From: Octopus vulgaris
Lineage: Eukaryota
Direction of reading: 5' to 3'
Assembly (NCBI GenBank): GCA_951406725.2
Contig: OX597824.1
Coordinates: 88,040,001 to 88,104,000 of the forward strand
DNA: 64,000 nt
Notes under the pieces: model-generated
What the model was told of the DNA's origin: nothing
Seen by the model: the letters and a program-made list of their open reading frames with translations, nothing else
The model's database searches: none
Translations under genes and position numbers: made by a program
Shown here: positions 25,020-38,545 of the stretch, in pieces
How positions within the stretch are numbered: position 1 is the first letter of the stretch
How the letters are laid out: every line of letters begins with the position of its first letter

Positions 25020-25272
25020 ATCACAACTGTTGAAAGCATTCTTCATGGCTTGCCAAGTCAGGATTGCCTTTGCTTGGAGCTTTGTCTGGTCGCGTCTGAA
25101 TCCATCAACAGCAGGAAGCAAACAGAGAGATAATAGGGGTCTTGCCTAGCTGCTGCTGATGACTGCGCGTGTGCATAAGGGACTTTCGGCTGGCCTATCG
25201 GAAGACACTAATCTTTGCACGTGCGCAGATGAACATCCCAAAATGGTGTCTGAAACCAGGCATCACTACAAG
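25020..25272. repeat. GC-richer structured interspersed repeat, unclassified
   Basis: Homologous to 42380-42660 in opposite orientation; internal hairpin ctgcgcgtgtgca...tgcacgtgcgcag. Confidence 0.6.
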
Positions 25273-26136
25273 TTCTTGTTTGTTCCTTCTCGAGCCATTC
25301 CTGGCTCATAAGGGCCAGTTTCCCGGTTTCCTTGGCGTATAGGTTCCCCACCTGGATGGGATGCTGGTCCGTTGCAGGTGAGCTGCAAGATGCAAGAGGA
25401 AAGAGTGAGAGAAAGTTGTGGCAAAAGAGTCAGCAGAAGTTTGCCATTACCTTCTGCCGGAGCTGCATGGAGCTACCAATTTTACCTTCCTCTGGCACTA
25501 AATCTACACATATTCAATTTTACTCTGTTTTCCTTCTCAAGCCATGCCTGGCTCATAAGGACCGGTTTCCCAGTTTCCTTGGCGTATAGGTTCCTCACCT
25601 GGACTGGACGCCGGTTCGTTGCAGGTGAGCTGCAAGATGCAGGAGGAAAGAGTGAAAGTTGTGGCGAAAGTGTCAGCAGAAGTTCACCATTACCTTCTGC
25701 CGGAGCCACGTGGAGCTTAGGTGTTTCGTTCATAAACACACACATCGCCTGGTCTGAGATTCGAACCCACAATCCCTCGACCGCAAGTCCGGTGCTTTAA
25801 CCACTAGGCCATGTGCCTCCACACAAGTTCTTGTCATTGTTGGTGGCTCATCTTACAAAGGTGTCAGGTGATGCTCATAAGGATGCTGGGCTGCTCCAAC
25901 ACCTTAACCTCACCATCACCTTTGGTAATGTCACAAGCACATTGCTTTGCATCAATAGGGTCTGCTGAACTTTGTGGTGTGGGACCAGTTGATGATCCAC
26001 CTAGTGTTGAACTGATGTCTTTTATTTCATTCCTCTTCTTTTTCTTTTTCTTTTTTGCTCATGTTTGTGTTTTCTTCAGTTTTGGATTTAGATTTTAATG
26101 TGGTTTTCTATTACATTCGTATCATATACATACATA

Positions 26137-26555
26137 GGCGCAGGAGTGGCTGTGTGGTAAGTAGCTTGCTTACCAACCATATGGTTCTGGGTTCAGTCCC
26201 ACTGTGTGGCACCTTGGGCAACTGTCTTCTACTATAGCCTTGGGTCAACCAAAGCCGCGTGAGTGGATTTGGTAGACGGAAACTGAAAGAAGCCCGTCGT
26301 ATATATGTATATATATATGTGTGTGCGTGTATGTTTGTGTGTCTGTGTTTGTCCCCCTAGCATTGCTTGACAACCGATGCTGGTGTGTTTATGTCCCTGT
26401 CACTTAGCGGTTCGGCAAAAGAGACCGATAGAATAAGGACTGGGCTTACAAAGAATAAGTCCCGGGGTCGAGTTGCTCGATTAAAGGCAGTGCTCCAGCA
26501 TGGCCGCAGTCAAATGACTGAAACAAGTAAAAGAGAAAAAAGAGAGAGAGAGAGA
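26137..26555 (+). mobile_element. tRNA-derived SINE family A with internal (TA)n(TG)n
   Basis: A box tggctgtgtgg, B box ggttcagtcc, core gtggatttggtagacggaaactgaaagaagcccgtcgt, tail aaagagaaaaagagaga. Copies at ~29100-29450(-), 29525-29878(-), 30385-30545(+), 31050-31430(+), 33710-34168(-), 34700-34830(-), 37510-37675(-), 38860-39242(-), 46160-46270(-), 59005-59645(-), 63290-63743(-). Confidence 0.88.
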
Positions 26556-26782
26556 ATACATGTTATATATGTAATTATTGAGTTAAAATCTTAATTAGCA
26601 TGAAAAAAAAATTCTTCAGAAATATTCATTTTCTTTTGTATATATATCTTGGCTGGTGGCCAAAAAATTCTAATCATATTTTTACATATTTATGCTGTTC
26701 ATTATTATTATTTTTCTGCTGTGCATAACTACTATCTTCCTGTACCATAAATGTAGGGTCTGCCTTGTTCTCAGATTCTTTA

Positions 26783-27451
26783 TCTTTATATATAAAGCTG
26801 AAGTTGCCTGTATATGGCAGGTTTGGTAGCCTTCAACTAACACTATCTCCTCCGAGACCCTGCAGCGCAAGTTGACCAAAATTGAAATTATGATAGAAGG
26901 CTTGCTCTTCCTTCCGTAGAAGAAAAAATTCAAATCAGACCATGTTAATACCAAAAGTTACTTACATAAAAAAGGTGCTTTTTTTTCTATTAAAATCCCT
27001 ATTTTTTTAACGATTTTTTTTACTGCTGTGTCGCCATTTTTCTGTGTTTTTCAACCAGACTAGTCTCCATATATATAAAGTTGAAGTTGCCTGTGTATGG
27101 CAGGATTGGTAGCCTTCAACTAACACTATCTCCCCCGAGACCCTGAAGCGCAAGTTGACCAAAATTGAGAATATGATAGAAGGCTTGCTCTTCTTTCCGT
27201 AGAAGAAAAAATTCAAATCGGACCATGTTAACACCAAAAATTATTTACATCAAAAAGGTGCTTTTTTTCTATGAAAATCCCTATGTTTTACGATTTTTTG
27301 ACCGCTGTGTTGCCATTTTTCGGTGTATTTCAACCAGAAAAATGTTCAATGAAAGAGAATAACAAGCTACATAATGCAAAATGTTTACTTTTCAAAAATT
27401 CCAATACTAAATGTCGAAGCAAACCCGAGCAACGCCGGGCGATACTGCTAG
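26783..27451 (+). mobile_element. Non-autonomous Helitron with a tandemly duplicated 5' segment
   Basis: A|TC start, 3' imperfect hairpin cccgagcaacgccggg and CTAG|T end. Unit 26783-27060 is repeated from ~27064. Confidence 0.85.
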
Positions 27452-27799
27452 TTTAATTTTGCAGCAAAAATTTCCTTCTACCAGCAAATCTAGTTGGACA
27501 ATGTTGCTGTTCTTTTCCTGTTCCTATTTCCAAAGGAATTTGTGGGGTTAACATATCTCTACTTGTGGGGACAAGCTCATTAACATAGTCAAGGTCAGAG
27601 AGATCAGTACCAAATGGAAATAAATACTGGGGTTCTTATGATTGACCAAATTCTTGAAGGTGGGGGGTGACCTAGCATGGCTGCAGTCTGATAAGTGAAA
27701 TCTGTAACAGGGGGGGGGGGGGGGGGGTTGAAGAAAACAATGTTTATTTTTAGATAAACAGACAAAATATAATAAAGTATTCAATTTAGTCAAACATAT

Positions 27800-28739
27800 A
27801 CACACACATTGTATGTATAATATAATATCACACACACACATACACCCACACACACATACACACACACACACACACATTGTATGCATGATATATCACACAC
27901 ACACATTGTATGTATAATATATTAGACACACATACACCCACACGCACACACATATACACACACACACATACACACACACATTGTATGGATAATATAATAC
28001 AATACACAACACATTGTATATATAATATAATATTACACACACATACACCCACACGCACACACATACACACACACACATTGTATGTATAATATAATATCAC
28101 ACACACATACACACACACACACACATTGTATGTATAATATAATATCACACACACATACACCCACACACACACATTGTATGTATAATATAATACAATACAC
28201 AACACATTGTATGTATAATATAATATCACACACACATACACCCACACGCACACACATACACCCACACGCACACACATACACACACACATTGTATATATAA
28301 TATAATATCACACACACATACAACCACACACACATACATACACACACACACATTGTATGTATAATATAATATCACACACACATACACCCACACGCACACA
28401 CATACACACACACACATTGTATATATAATATAATATCACACACACATACACCCACACGCACACATACACACACACATTGTATATATAATATAATATCACA
28501 CACACATACACCCACACGCACACACATACACACACATTGTATATATAATATAATATCACACACACAAACACACACACACACATATACATACACACACATT
28601 GTATGTATAATATAATATTACACACACACATACACTCACATACACTCACACACACCCACACACACATTGTATGTATAATATAATACAATACACACACACA
28701 TACACACACACACGCACCCATTGTATGTATAATATAATA

Positions 28740-28820
<81 letters not shown>
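27800..28820. repeat. Compound minisatellite (~40-65-bp units: cacattgtat(g/a)tataatataatatcacacacacatacacccacacgc)
   Basis: The anchor cattgtat.tataatataat recurs more than 15 times. Confidence 0.95.
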
Positions 28821-28914
28821 TAACATGCACACTTCACCAGGTTCAGAAGAAAAGCAGTGAGCTTATTTGAATCCACAGAATCAATTTTTCCATTTGATGT
28901 GTTTTATAAATTAT

Positions 28915-28950
<36 letters not shown>

Positions 28951-31513
28951 CATTGGATGCTGCAGTAAAAAATGATGTAAGTTTTTGATCATTTATTGAT
29001 ATCTGACCTATTGATCTCGCATCCTGGATTATCAAATGCAAAACAATGAAATATGTAATTTATCAGCCAACATGTAAGACTTATTCTTCTTATTTTTTTA
29101 ATCTTTTACTGGCCATGCTGGGGCACCACCTCGAAGGATTTTAGTTGTTCAAATCGACCCCAGGACTTATTCTAATGGTCCTTCGTTGAACCACTATGTT
29201 ATGGGGATGTAAATAAACTAACACTGGTTACAAAGTGGCAGGAAGAGAAACACAAATGCGAAGACGCACACACACATACACATACACATATACATACATA
29301 CATTTACATATATATATACATGATGGGTTTCCATACAGTTTTTATTTATTAAATTCAATGACAAGGCATTGGTCAGCTCAGAGCTGTAGTAGATGACACT
29401 TGCCCAAGGTGCCTTACAGAGGGATTGAAACTGATACCACATGTCTTGCAGTTAGCTTCCAATCAGTTTCTGCCAACCAAATTCCCTCAGGGCCAAAGTA
29501 AAAGACACTAGCCCAAAGTCTCTCAGGATTTATTCTTTGTAAACCTAGTACTTATTCTATTGATCTCTTTTGCCAAACCACTAAGTTACAGGAACATAAG
29601 CACACCAACATTGGTTGTCAAGAGATGGTGGGGGGAACAAATACAGACACAAAGACACACAGACACACACACACTCAGGCATGCACACACAAATTATGGG
29701 CTTCTTTCAGTTTCCGTCTACCAAATCCACTCACAAGACTTTGGTCATTCAGAGGTTATAGTAGAAGACACTTGCCCAAGGTGCCACACAGTGGGACTGA
29801 ACCCGGAACCATGTGGTTGGGAAACAAGCTACTTAGCACACTTCTTACCAAGCTTCTCACTGCACAGCCATGCCTGTGCTATTGATATTTCTTTATTCAG
29901 AATTTTGTTAAAAAATTTATTTTCAGATAGATTATTATTTTGTCTGGCTCGCAGTAGTTACAAAAAACTCTGTCTCTAAGCCACAACATTAAGAAAAAAA
30001 TATTTGAATATTTATATACTTTCATTAATCACTTTTTTTTAATATTTGCACAAAATTTAATTAGTTTACAATATAAGCATCTAACTATAATATTAATCAA
30101 ATTCACTAATTAAAAAAAAAACAGTAATAAATGAGATCTTCAGAATTATTGATTTGGCTAACCAAACAGACGTGTGAAATCTCACCCTTTATTTTTTATT
30201 TCAATAATTTTAAGCTTGGTGTTGATGTCATAGATCAATATCAAATATTTACTTCCATAAATGAGATCTTCTTCAAATACTGAATATTTAAGACAATAAA
30301 ACTATTTCGATCTTTCAATAGAACTGTTTATTGTTATAAACCCAAGAAGAAATTATACAAAGAAAAAAGCAAATGAAAACAACCAGTGTAGGTGTTGCTG
30401 GGTGATTAAGAGACTTATCTTGCAACCATGGGGTTTGGGGTTCAGTCTCACCATGTGGCACCTTGGGCAAGTGTTTTTTTACTGTAGCCCTAGGCCCATC
30501 AATGCCTTGTGAGTGAATTAGGTGAGCAGAAACTGTATGAAAGCTACAGGCATGGCTGTGTCGTAAGAAGCTTGCTTCATACCACAGGCATGACTTTGTG
30601 GTAAGAAGGCGGCAAGCTGGCAGAGACGTTAGCACATCAGGCAAAATGCTTAGTGGTATTTCATCTGCCGTTACGTTCTGAGTTCAAATTCCGCCGAGGT
30701 CAACTTTGCCTCTCATCCTTTCAGGGTCAATAAATTAAGTACCAGTTACACACTGGGGTCGATGTAATTGACTTAATTCCTTTGTTTGTCCGTGTTTGTC
30801 CCCTCTATGTTTAGCCCCTTGTGGGCAATAAAGAAATAAGAAACGTTAGCGCACCGGGCGAAATGCTTAGTGGTATTTCATCTACCGAGGTCGACTTTAC
30901 CTCTCATCTTTTCGGGGTCAATAAATTAAGTACCAGTTATGCACTGGGGTCAATGTAATCGACTTAATCCATTTGTCTGTCCTTGTTTGACCCCTCTATG
31001 TTTAGCCCCTTGTGGGCAATAAAGAAATAAGAAACTGTGTGAAAGCTACATGCATGGCTGTGTGGTAAGTAGCTTGCTTCCCAAACACATGGTTCTGGGT
31101 TCAGTCTGCCTGTATGGTACCTTGGGCAAATGTCTTCTAGCATAGCCTCAGGCTGACTAAAGCCTTGTGAGTGGATTTGGTAGGCGGAAACTGAAAGAAG
31201 CCTGTTATTTATATACATGTGTGCGTGTCTTTGTGGCTGTGTCTAAACCCCATCACCATCACTTGACAACTGATTTTGGTGTGTAACTTAGCAGTTCAGC
31301 AAAAGAGACCACTAGAATAAGTACTAGGCTTACAAAGAATAAGTCCTGGAGTTGATTTCTTTGACTAAAACCCTTTTGGGCAGTGCTCCAGCATGGCCAC
31401 AGTCAAATGACCAAAAGTGAAAAATAAAAGAATCTACACACACACATGCATACACACATACATACATGCATACATACACACATACATACATAATACATAC
31501 ATACATACATACA

Positions 31514-31544
<31 letters not shown>

Positions 31545-32062
31545 GTGTGTGTGTATATGTTTGTGTCTGTCTTTGAGCCCCCACCTTCACTACATCATTT
31601 TAACAACCAGTGCTGGTTTGTTTATGTCCCTATAATTCTGTAGTTCAGCAAAAGAGAGTGATAGAATAAATACCAGACTTTGAAACAATAAGTACTGGGG
31701 TCACCAAACCTGCCACACACAGACAACTTCAGCTTTATATATTGAGAGATTACTGAGGAGAATTTATCAAATGATATCGGGAGACCACCCCAGATATAAT
31801 GTCTTGGGTCAACTGATTAAAGTCGGTTGCTATTCATAAGGCTTTTAATTTGCAAAGATATTTTTACTTCAAGTCTAATCAAGACACTCGACAGAAACTT
31901 AGCAACGTTCTCATGCTGTATATATTTTATCAATTCAGGCATTAGAGATATATGAAGGAGGAAATTACTATTAAATCATACGTTTAACATATTTTCCAAC
32001 TCTTAACACATTGTTCTGTATTTTATTAGAAATATTTGAATTTATTATTCTTGTTTATTCAA

Positions 32063-32460
32063 TCTATATATATATGAAGCTGAAGTTGTCTGTGTGTGAC
32101 AGGTTTGGTAGCCTTCAATTAACACTATCTCCTCCGAGACCCTGCAACGCAAGTTGACCAAAATTGAGAGTATGATAGAAGGAGGCTTGCTCTTTCTTCC
32201 GTAGAAGACAAAATTCAAATTGGACTATGTTAAGACCAAAAATTATTTACGTAAAAAAGGTGCTTTTTTTCTATGAAAATCCCTATTCTTTACGATTTTT
32301 TTACTGCTTTGTCGTCATTTTTCGGTGTATTTCAACCAGAAAAATGTTTGCTTAAAGAGAATAACAAGCTACATAATGCAAAATTTTTACTTTTCAAAAA
32401 TTCCAATTCTAAAGGGTCGAAAAGAAAACAAGCCTGAGCAATGCCGGGCTATACTGCTAG
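32063..32460 (+). mobile_element. Non-autonomous Helitron, single-unit copy
   Basis: A|TC...cctgagcaatgccggg...CTAG|T; homologous to 27064-27451. An inverted 5' fragment lies at ~31703-31750. Confidence 0.85.
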
Positions 32461-33031
32461 TTATTAATATTTATGTTTTAAGGTAATCCTTAATAAAATA
32501 TCTTTAAATAAATAAAATGTCTTTGTTACATTTCCATTGAAATTGTCATCATTGTTGCTGTTATCATCATCGTTTAATGTCTGTATTCCATACTGGCATG
32601 AGCTGGATAGTTTTACAGGATATGACGAGCCTTAGGGCAACATCAGTTTCCAGTCTGCAGCTTTGGTAAGATTTCTACAGTTGGATACCCTTCCTAACAC
32701 TTACCACTTTGTAGTGTGTACTGAGTGCTATTTTTTGTGGCACCAGCACTAAAGAGGTAGCCTAATAACCTGCAAAACGAGTTTCCTGCAGAACTGAGGG
32801 AAGTGGCTTTGTGCCAAGTGTTGAGAGACTTAAGCATGAAAGAGGGACAAGAACAGGTGTCTTACTGTAGAGGAGCTACATGGTTACCCCTGCAGGAAAG
32901 GGGCAAATGATGGTGGAGATGAGGTATCAGGATACACCCTCAAGGTACAAGAGTGAAATACAGCAGACATTTTTCAGTCCACATGTAATGCCAATTTACA
33001 TATTTATTCAATGTGAAAAGATAAACATTAA

Positions 33032-33078
<47 letters not shown>

Positions 33079-33149
33079 GGTGGTGGTGGTGATGATGGTG
33101 GTGGTGGTGGTGATGATGATGGTGGTGGTGGTGGTGGTGGTGGTGATGG

Positions 33150-33201
<52 letters not shown>

Positions 33202-33918
33202 ATCTTTGTTGCTGCACGGTCACAACACACAATTTTTCACAATGCCCATCTTTCCTACCACGACTGTATTCGTCAATCGGTCAGACCTTTTGACAATGTT
33301 GTGCTATCTCCTTGTGGTGGCCGGACAGCTCTCTTTGATATTTCTAGACATATGACATTAACCATTTTCTTTTTTTCTTTGGATATGTCCTACTTCATCA
33401 TGTATTCTCTAGAACCTTTGCAACCAAGCTCCTCAAAGTGATTTTATCACATCAATTGTAGCAGGTATGAGACATTTTGAAACAAATGTTTTGGTGCCAA
33501 CCATTTGGTCTTTTAATGTTTCCCCCATTCTTTCCATTCCCCGTCTCTGTTTATGCATGTGAAGAAAGAGAGAAGGCTTACGTTAATTATGTTCAATTAC
33601 TGATTGTAACGGTTTTCTCTCTCTCTCTCTCTCTCTCCCACTCCCTCTTTCTCTCTCTCCCCTTCTCTCTCTTTCTCTCTCACTATTTTTGTCTGTTATA
33701 CTCTATACTCTTTTACTTGTTTCAGTCATTTGACTGTGGCCATGCTAGAGCACCACCTTTCAGTCGAGTAAATCAACCCCAGGACTTATACTTTGTAAGC
33801 CTAGTACTTATTCTATCGGTCTCTTTTGCCGAACCGCTAATTTATGGGGGACGTAAACACACCAGCATCGGTTGTCAAGCGATGTTTGGTGGGGACAAAC
33901 ACAGACACACAGACATAT

Positions 33919-34008
<90 letters not shown>

Positions 34009-34840
34009 GGCTTCTTTCAGTTTCCGTCTATCAAATCCACTTACAAGGCTTTGTTCAGCCCGAGGCTATAGTAGAAGACACTTGCCCAAGGTGCCACGCA
34101 GTGGGATTGAACCCGGAACCATGTGGTTAGTAAGCAAGCTACTTACCACACAGCCACTCCTGCGCCTATGTCTAGATTTCTACAGATACATGTGTGCATG
34201 TGTGTGAGTGTGTGTGTGAGCACGCGCATGTGTGTGTGTGCTTGCCGCTTCTCCCAAAAAGTTCCGTTGCCAAAACAGACTGAATGTTTAGTCAGCTGTG
34301 CCAAATCTTCAGCATCCCAACAGCTGTGCCCAACAATCTCATTCTGAATTGCAGCTGCTTTTACAACAATGAACAAAGAATGGTGAATGAAGGAACTTGT
34401 ACGTAACTCTTTCACCTGATCGTTTATAACAGCCAAATCGCCTTTTTCTAGACAAACCACAGACTGTTTGTAAAAAGGTGATGCCACATATCTCATGTCT
34501 TCAATTTTAGGGCAGCAGGTTGGATAACAAATACAACACTTCACAGCTAGAAATACCAGTCAAAATCTTTAGAACTTTAAATTGGTTTAAACAGTAATGA
34601 CAATGGTTACCTAATAAAAACCAATATGAAGGACCTTTACCATTGGAAAATATTTGCCTCTGCAATTTTTATTAGTAATCTGAAGAATTTTGCCTAAATC
34701 TCTTTCTCTTTCTCTTTTCTCTTTTACTTGTTTCAGTCATTTGACTGCGGCCATGCTGGAGCACCGCCTTTAATCGAGCAACTCGACCCCGGGACTTATT
34801 CTTTGTAAGCCCAGTACTTATTCTATCGGTCAATACTAGC

Positions 34841-34912
34841 CTCCCCGGCGGGGAATCGAACCCCGGTCTCCCGCGTGACAGGCAGGGATACTTACCACTA
34901 TACTACCAAGGA
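34841..34912 (-). tRNA. tRNA-Asp(GTC)
   Basis: TCCTTGG TA GTAT AGTGGTAA GTAT C CCTGC CTGTCAC GCGGG AGAC CGGGG TTCGATT CCCCG CCGGGGA G: a 72-nt cloverleaf with anticodon GTC, discriminator G and intact A/B boxes. Confidence 0.92.
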
Positions 34913-35385
34913 GAAAATTTGAGTACTTTTACAAGGATTGAACCTTTGTTAAAGAGGTTTGTGTATTGCTGTGTCCATGTCTTTACCCACAACACCATTG
35001 AGACAACAAATGTTTATCTATCTATTGTAGTTGGACCCCTTTCTATCTCAAACAATCTTTAGTAGATCCTTCTTTTGCAAACCCCACAATCCATGTAGCT
35101 CTAATTAAACAAATGGCAGAACTCTTACATTTAACTTTGACCTAAATATTTTCCTATAATATATTTCTCAGTTCTATCTAAAAATATAGTTCAGATAATT
35201 TACCAAATGCTCTGTACCCTTTTTTATGGTGACTTTTTAAGGATTAATGCTGATGTCTGGTGATAGGAACACCACTAAAGCTGTCTCATTACCGTAGAAA
35301 ATAAAGGGAGAATGACATTGGAGTGATTTTCCTGTTGCCTTTTTCTGACCAATGGCCAGATTTAAGCTCAACACTATAATATTTA

Positions 35386-35522
35386 TTAATCTTTGGTACA
35401 CTTAGGCACATTATGGCCCTGTATGAGTTTTCTTCTCCGTAGCTGCAGGTGCATTGTATCACACTGAGAGGGGAGAAAACTCATAAGGCTACATGATACA
35501 TCTACAGCATGCTAAAGGTTAA
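35386..35522. mobile_element. Small TTAA-flanked hairpin element (piggyBac-type MITE?)
   Basis: ttaatctttgg...ctaaaggttaa with internal inverted pair tatgagttttcttctcc / ggggagaaaactcata. Confidence 0.45.
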
Positions 35523-35525
35523 TTA

Positions 35526-36052
35526 CCATAGATCTTCGAGTATAGTCTGCCCTTGAGTATAATACGCAGGGGATTTTTATGGGGCTGTACCTCTGAAAAA
35601 CCTAAACCTTGTGTATAATACGCACTCCTCCCGTAACTTGAGTTGTGCATAATTAAGCCAGCAGCACCTAGTCAAACAAACATTTCCGTGCATGCGTAAT
35701 ACAATAATGGTGATGTTCTTAACTGTTATATGGGAATGTAAATATGTTTGCAAATTGTTTTTGCTACATGTTATTCTGTGTTCTGAATATTTTTATTTTA
35801 ATAAATGTTGTTTACTGCAAGTTATGGATAATTCTTTTATGACTTCATTGCTTTCAGGCTTAGCTTAAGGTATTTTCGCACCCGACATCACAAAATGCGT
35901 CTGAATAAAAACATTGCCAGACAGCAAATAAAGACTTGGACATTGCTTAGAAAATATTATTCATTTTTAACCTCGTATATAGTACGCACTAGGGATTTTG
36001 ACCTTTAAATTTGGGGTGGGGGGGAATGCGGATTATACACGAGGATTTACAG
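35526..36052. mobile_element. Tc2/pogo-type non-autonomous DNA transposon with TA TSD
   Basis: TA|ccatagatcttcgagtatagtctgc ... tgcggattatacacgaggatttacag|TA, with subterminal repeats of gtataatacgca. Confidence 0.75.
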
Positions 36053-36655
36053 TATAAGTTTTCTCACTGTACTGCCTCATTGAAATAAAGGTAAACCTTT
36101 TTCTGAATAGATTGTCAGTCTGTTACATATAACATTCCCCAGGGATCTGCTTCCTGTTTACAATAAGGTGAACTGAGACACTGTAAGATAATGTACTCTT
36201 CCTAGAAATACAATCAAATACCAGCAGCTGCAGCAGCAGTGGAGGCACAATGGCCCAGTGGTTAGGGCAGCAGACTCGCAGTCGGAGGATCGCGGTTTCG
36301 ATTCCCAGACCGGGCGTTGTGTGTGTTTATTGAGCGAAAACACCTAAAGCTCCATGAGGCTCCGGCAGGGGGTGGTGGTGACACCTGTTATACTCTTTTG
36401 CCCCAACTTTCTCTCACTCTTTCTTCCTGTTTCTTATCCCTGACTTCCTATGCAACCATTGAGCCTGGATGCGCATTCAACCATCTGTCGATGCTCTTGG
36501 TGTTGGGGGTTGACCTGCTTTCTCTTCTGCGGGTCTTACGAATAGCAAAGGACCACGTTTCAGACTTCTCCCATCTTGCAATCTCTGGGACGAAAACCCT
36601 TCAATCAACAGCAACAGCAACAGCAGCAGCAAATTTGTATTCATAGCTTATACAC

Positions 36656-36970
36656 TGTTGTGTAGACGCCCCCAGACGACGAAGTAGGCTAGCCCAATAT
36701 GTAGATATAGAGGAAGAAGCCTAGACGTCAGGAGTAGTAGACTAGAATAGATTAGTAGCAGTGTAGGGTTGAGTAGAAGGCATCCGAACGTGTGACATAA
36801 CATACACACATTGTCTAATTTTTACCCATCCAAAATTATTCAATTGTAATGTGTATGAAGAGGCATTTGTTTGACTAGGGCCCTTTAAACACAAATATTC
36901 TTCAAGGGTGTATAATCACTCTGCTCATTTCCGCTACGTTTCTCCGTTACCTCTTGTAATACACACTACA
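36656..36970. mobile_element. Possible solo LTR
   Basis: TGTTGTG...CACTACA termini and a CpG-richer interior; the TSD is imperfect. Confidence 0.3.
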
Positions 36971-37448
36971 ACGACAGGAGATCTTCATGCTTCTCTCTTC
37001 TTTCAATTGCAAATATAACCCTCTTGCAATCTTAATAGCACCCAGCCAACCCACTCAATTTCCATTGTTAAGATCCTTCAACATATTCAATACTGTATCC
37101 AATAAATTAGCAAATAAACTCTAACAATATCAAGTGTTCATGAACAGATAAAGAAGTACCTTCAATGACATCTGCTATAATGCTTATACAAGTGGATACG
37201 TACTTCAAACTTTAAAAAATTGCTGTTTATGAATTTGTATGTGATCCACTATGGAATACAAGAGAAGCTCTGTTCTGTCACTCAATCAACAAGAAATTTC
37301 CCCTCAGACCATATTCTACCTTCATGAAAAAGGAAGGATGCATTTATTAATGTAATCCTAGATACACAATTCCTGAAGAAAGTGAGAGAACATATGAAAT
37401 AATATTTCCATATAATTCATTTGTTTTTCCCTACACCTATATATATAC

Positions 37449-37509
<61 letters not shown>

Positions 37510-37727
37510 TACAACAGGCTTCTTTCAGTTTCCGGTTACCAAATCCACTCACAAGGCTTTGGTTGGCCCGAGGCTCTAGTAGAAGACACTTGCCCAAGGT
37601 GCCATGCAGTGGGACTGAACCCAGAACCATGTGGTTGGTAAGCAAGCTACTTACCACACAGCCACTCATACGCCTATAACCATAAATATACCAAAAATTA
37701 ATGCAAATGTAGTGCTTCTATTTGACC

Positions 37728-38141
37728 TTAACCCATTTGATACCAACCTGGCTGAAACCAGCTCTGGCTCTGTAGTACAAATGTCTTGTTTTCATAAGTT
37801 TTGAATTAAAATCTTCCACTAAACTTTAGTCACAATTTATGTTCCTAACACTAGCTTAATGATAACTAAGTTATTTTACTAAATTCTTTGTTATATCTAA
37901 AATTAATTTAAAGAAACTCAGAGCATCTCAAATGGCTGAAACCGGCTCTGGCCCTGAAGTACAAATGTCTTGTTTTCATAAGTTTTGAATTAAAATCTTC
38001 CACTAAACTTTAGTCACAATTTATGTTCCCAACACTAGTTTAATGATAACTAAGTTATTTTACTAAATTCTTTGTTATATTTAAAATTAATTGAAAGAAA
38101 CACAGAGCATCTCAAAATAAATACAGTAACGAAAGGGTTAA
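37728..38141. mobile_element. piggyBac-type MITE with a ~183-bp internal tandem duplication
   Basis: TTAA|CCCATTTGATAC...GTAACGAAAGGG|TTAA; tggctgaaacc..gagcatctcaaa occurs twice. Confidence 0.8.
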
Positions 38142-38471
38142 ATTCCTTCCTTTGTCAGGTTCTCCAGGGACATCTTGATTGGTGCTGACAGCTTTTCCTC
38201 TAATGTGACTCAACAACTAACTTTCACATTTACACTTCTGTTGCTATCTTCTGTCTATATTCTTGTACAGCTGCCACTGTGATATCATAATATATTGTTA
38301 GGATTCAGTTTAAGATCATTACAGAAAAGTTACTTTTGATATGCATTCAATTATAAATAAAGAAATGGCAGATTTTGGAGATCTTCAACAATAGTTATCT
38401 TGTTACCATTTTCGAGAATGATTCTCACCTGCATTTTTTATAACAGTTCATGTTTTCCATATATATATATG

Positions 38472-38503
<32 letters not shown>

Positions 38504-38513
38504 TGTATGTATG

Positions 38514-38545
<32 letters not shown>

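Noticed and set aside
25150-25260. CTGATGA followed by a long hairpin and GAAC/GAAA..GTC (also at 42410-42515, minus) as a hammerhead
   Set aside because: Extra bases precede GAA, the GAAAC register is not met in either copy, and stem I does not pair.
27800-28820. Repeat-spacer appearance resembling a CRISPR array
   Set aside because: Spacers are CA microsatellite variants, the context is eukaryotic, and there are no cas genes.
34250-34544. 133-aa minus-strand ORF next to the tRNA
   Set aside because: No recognisable motif; it runs into a (CA)n tract and a SINE.
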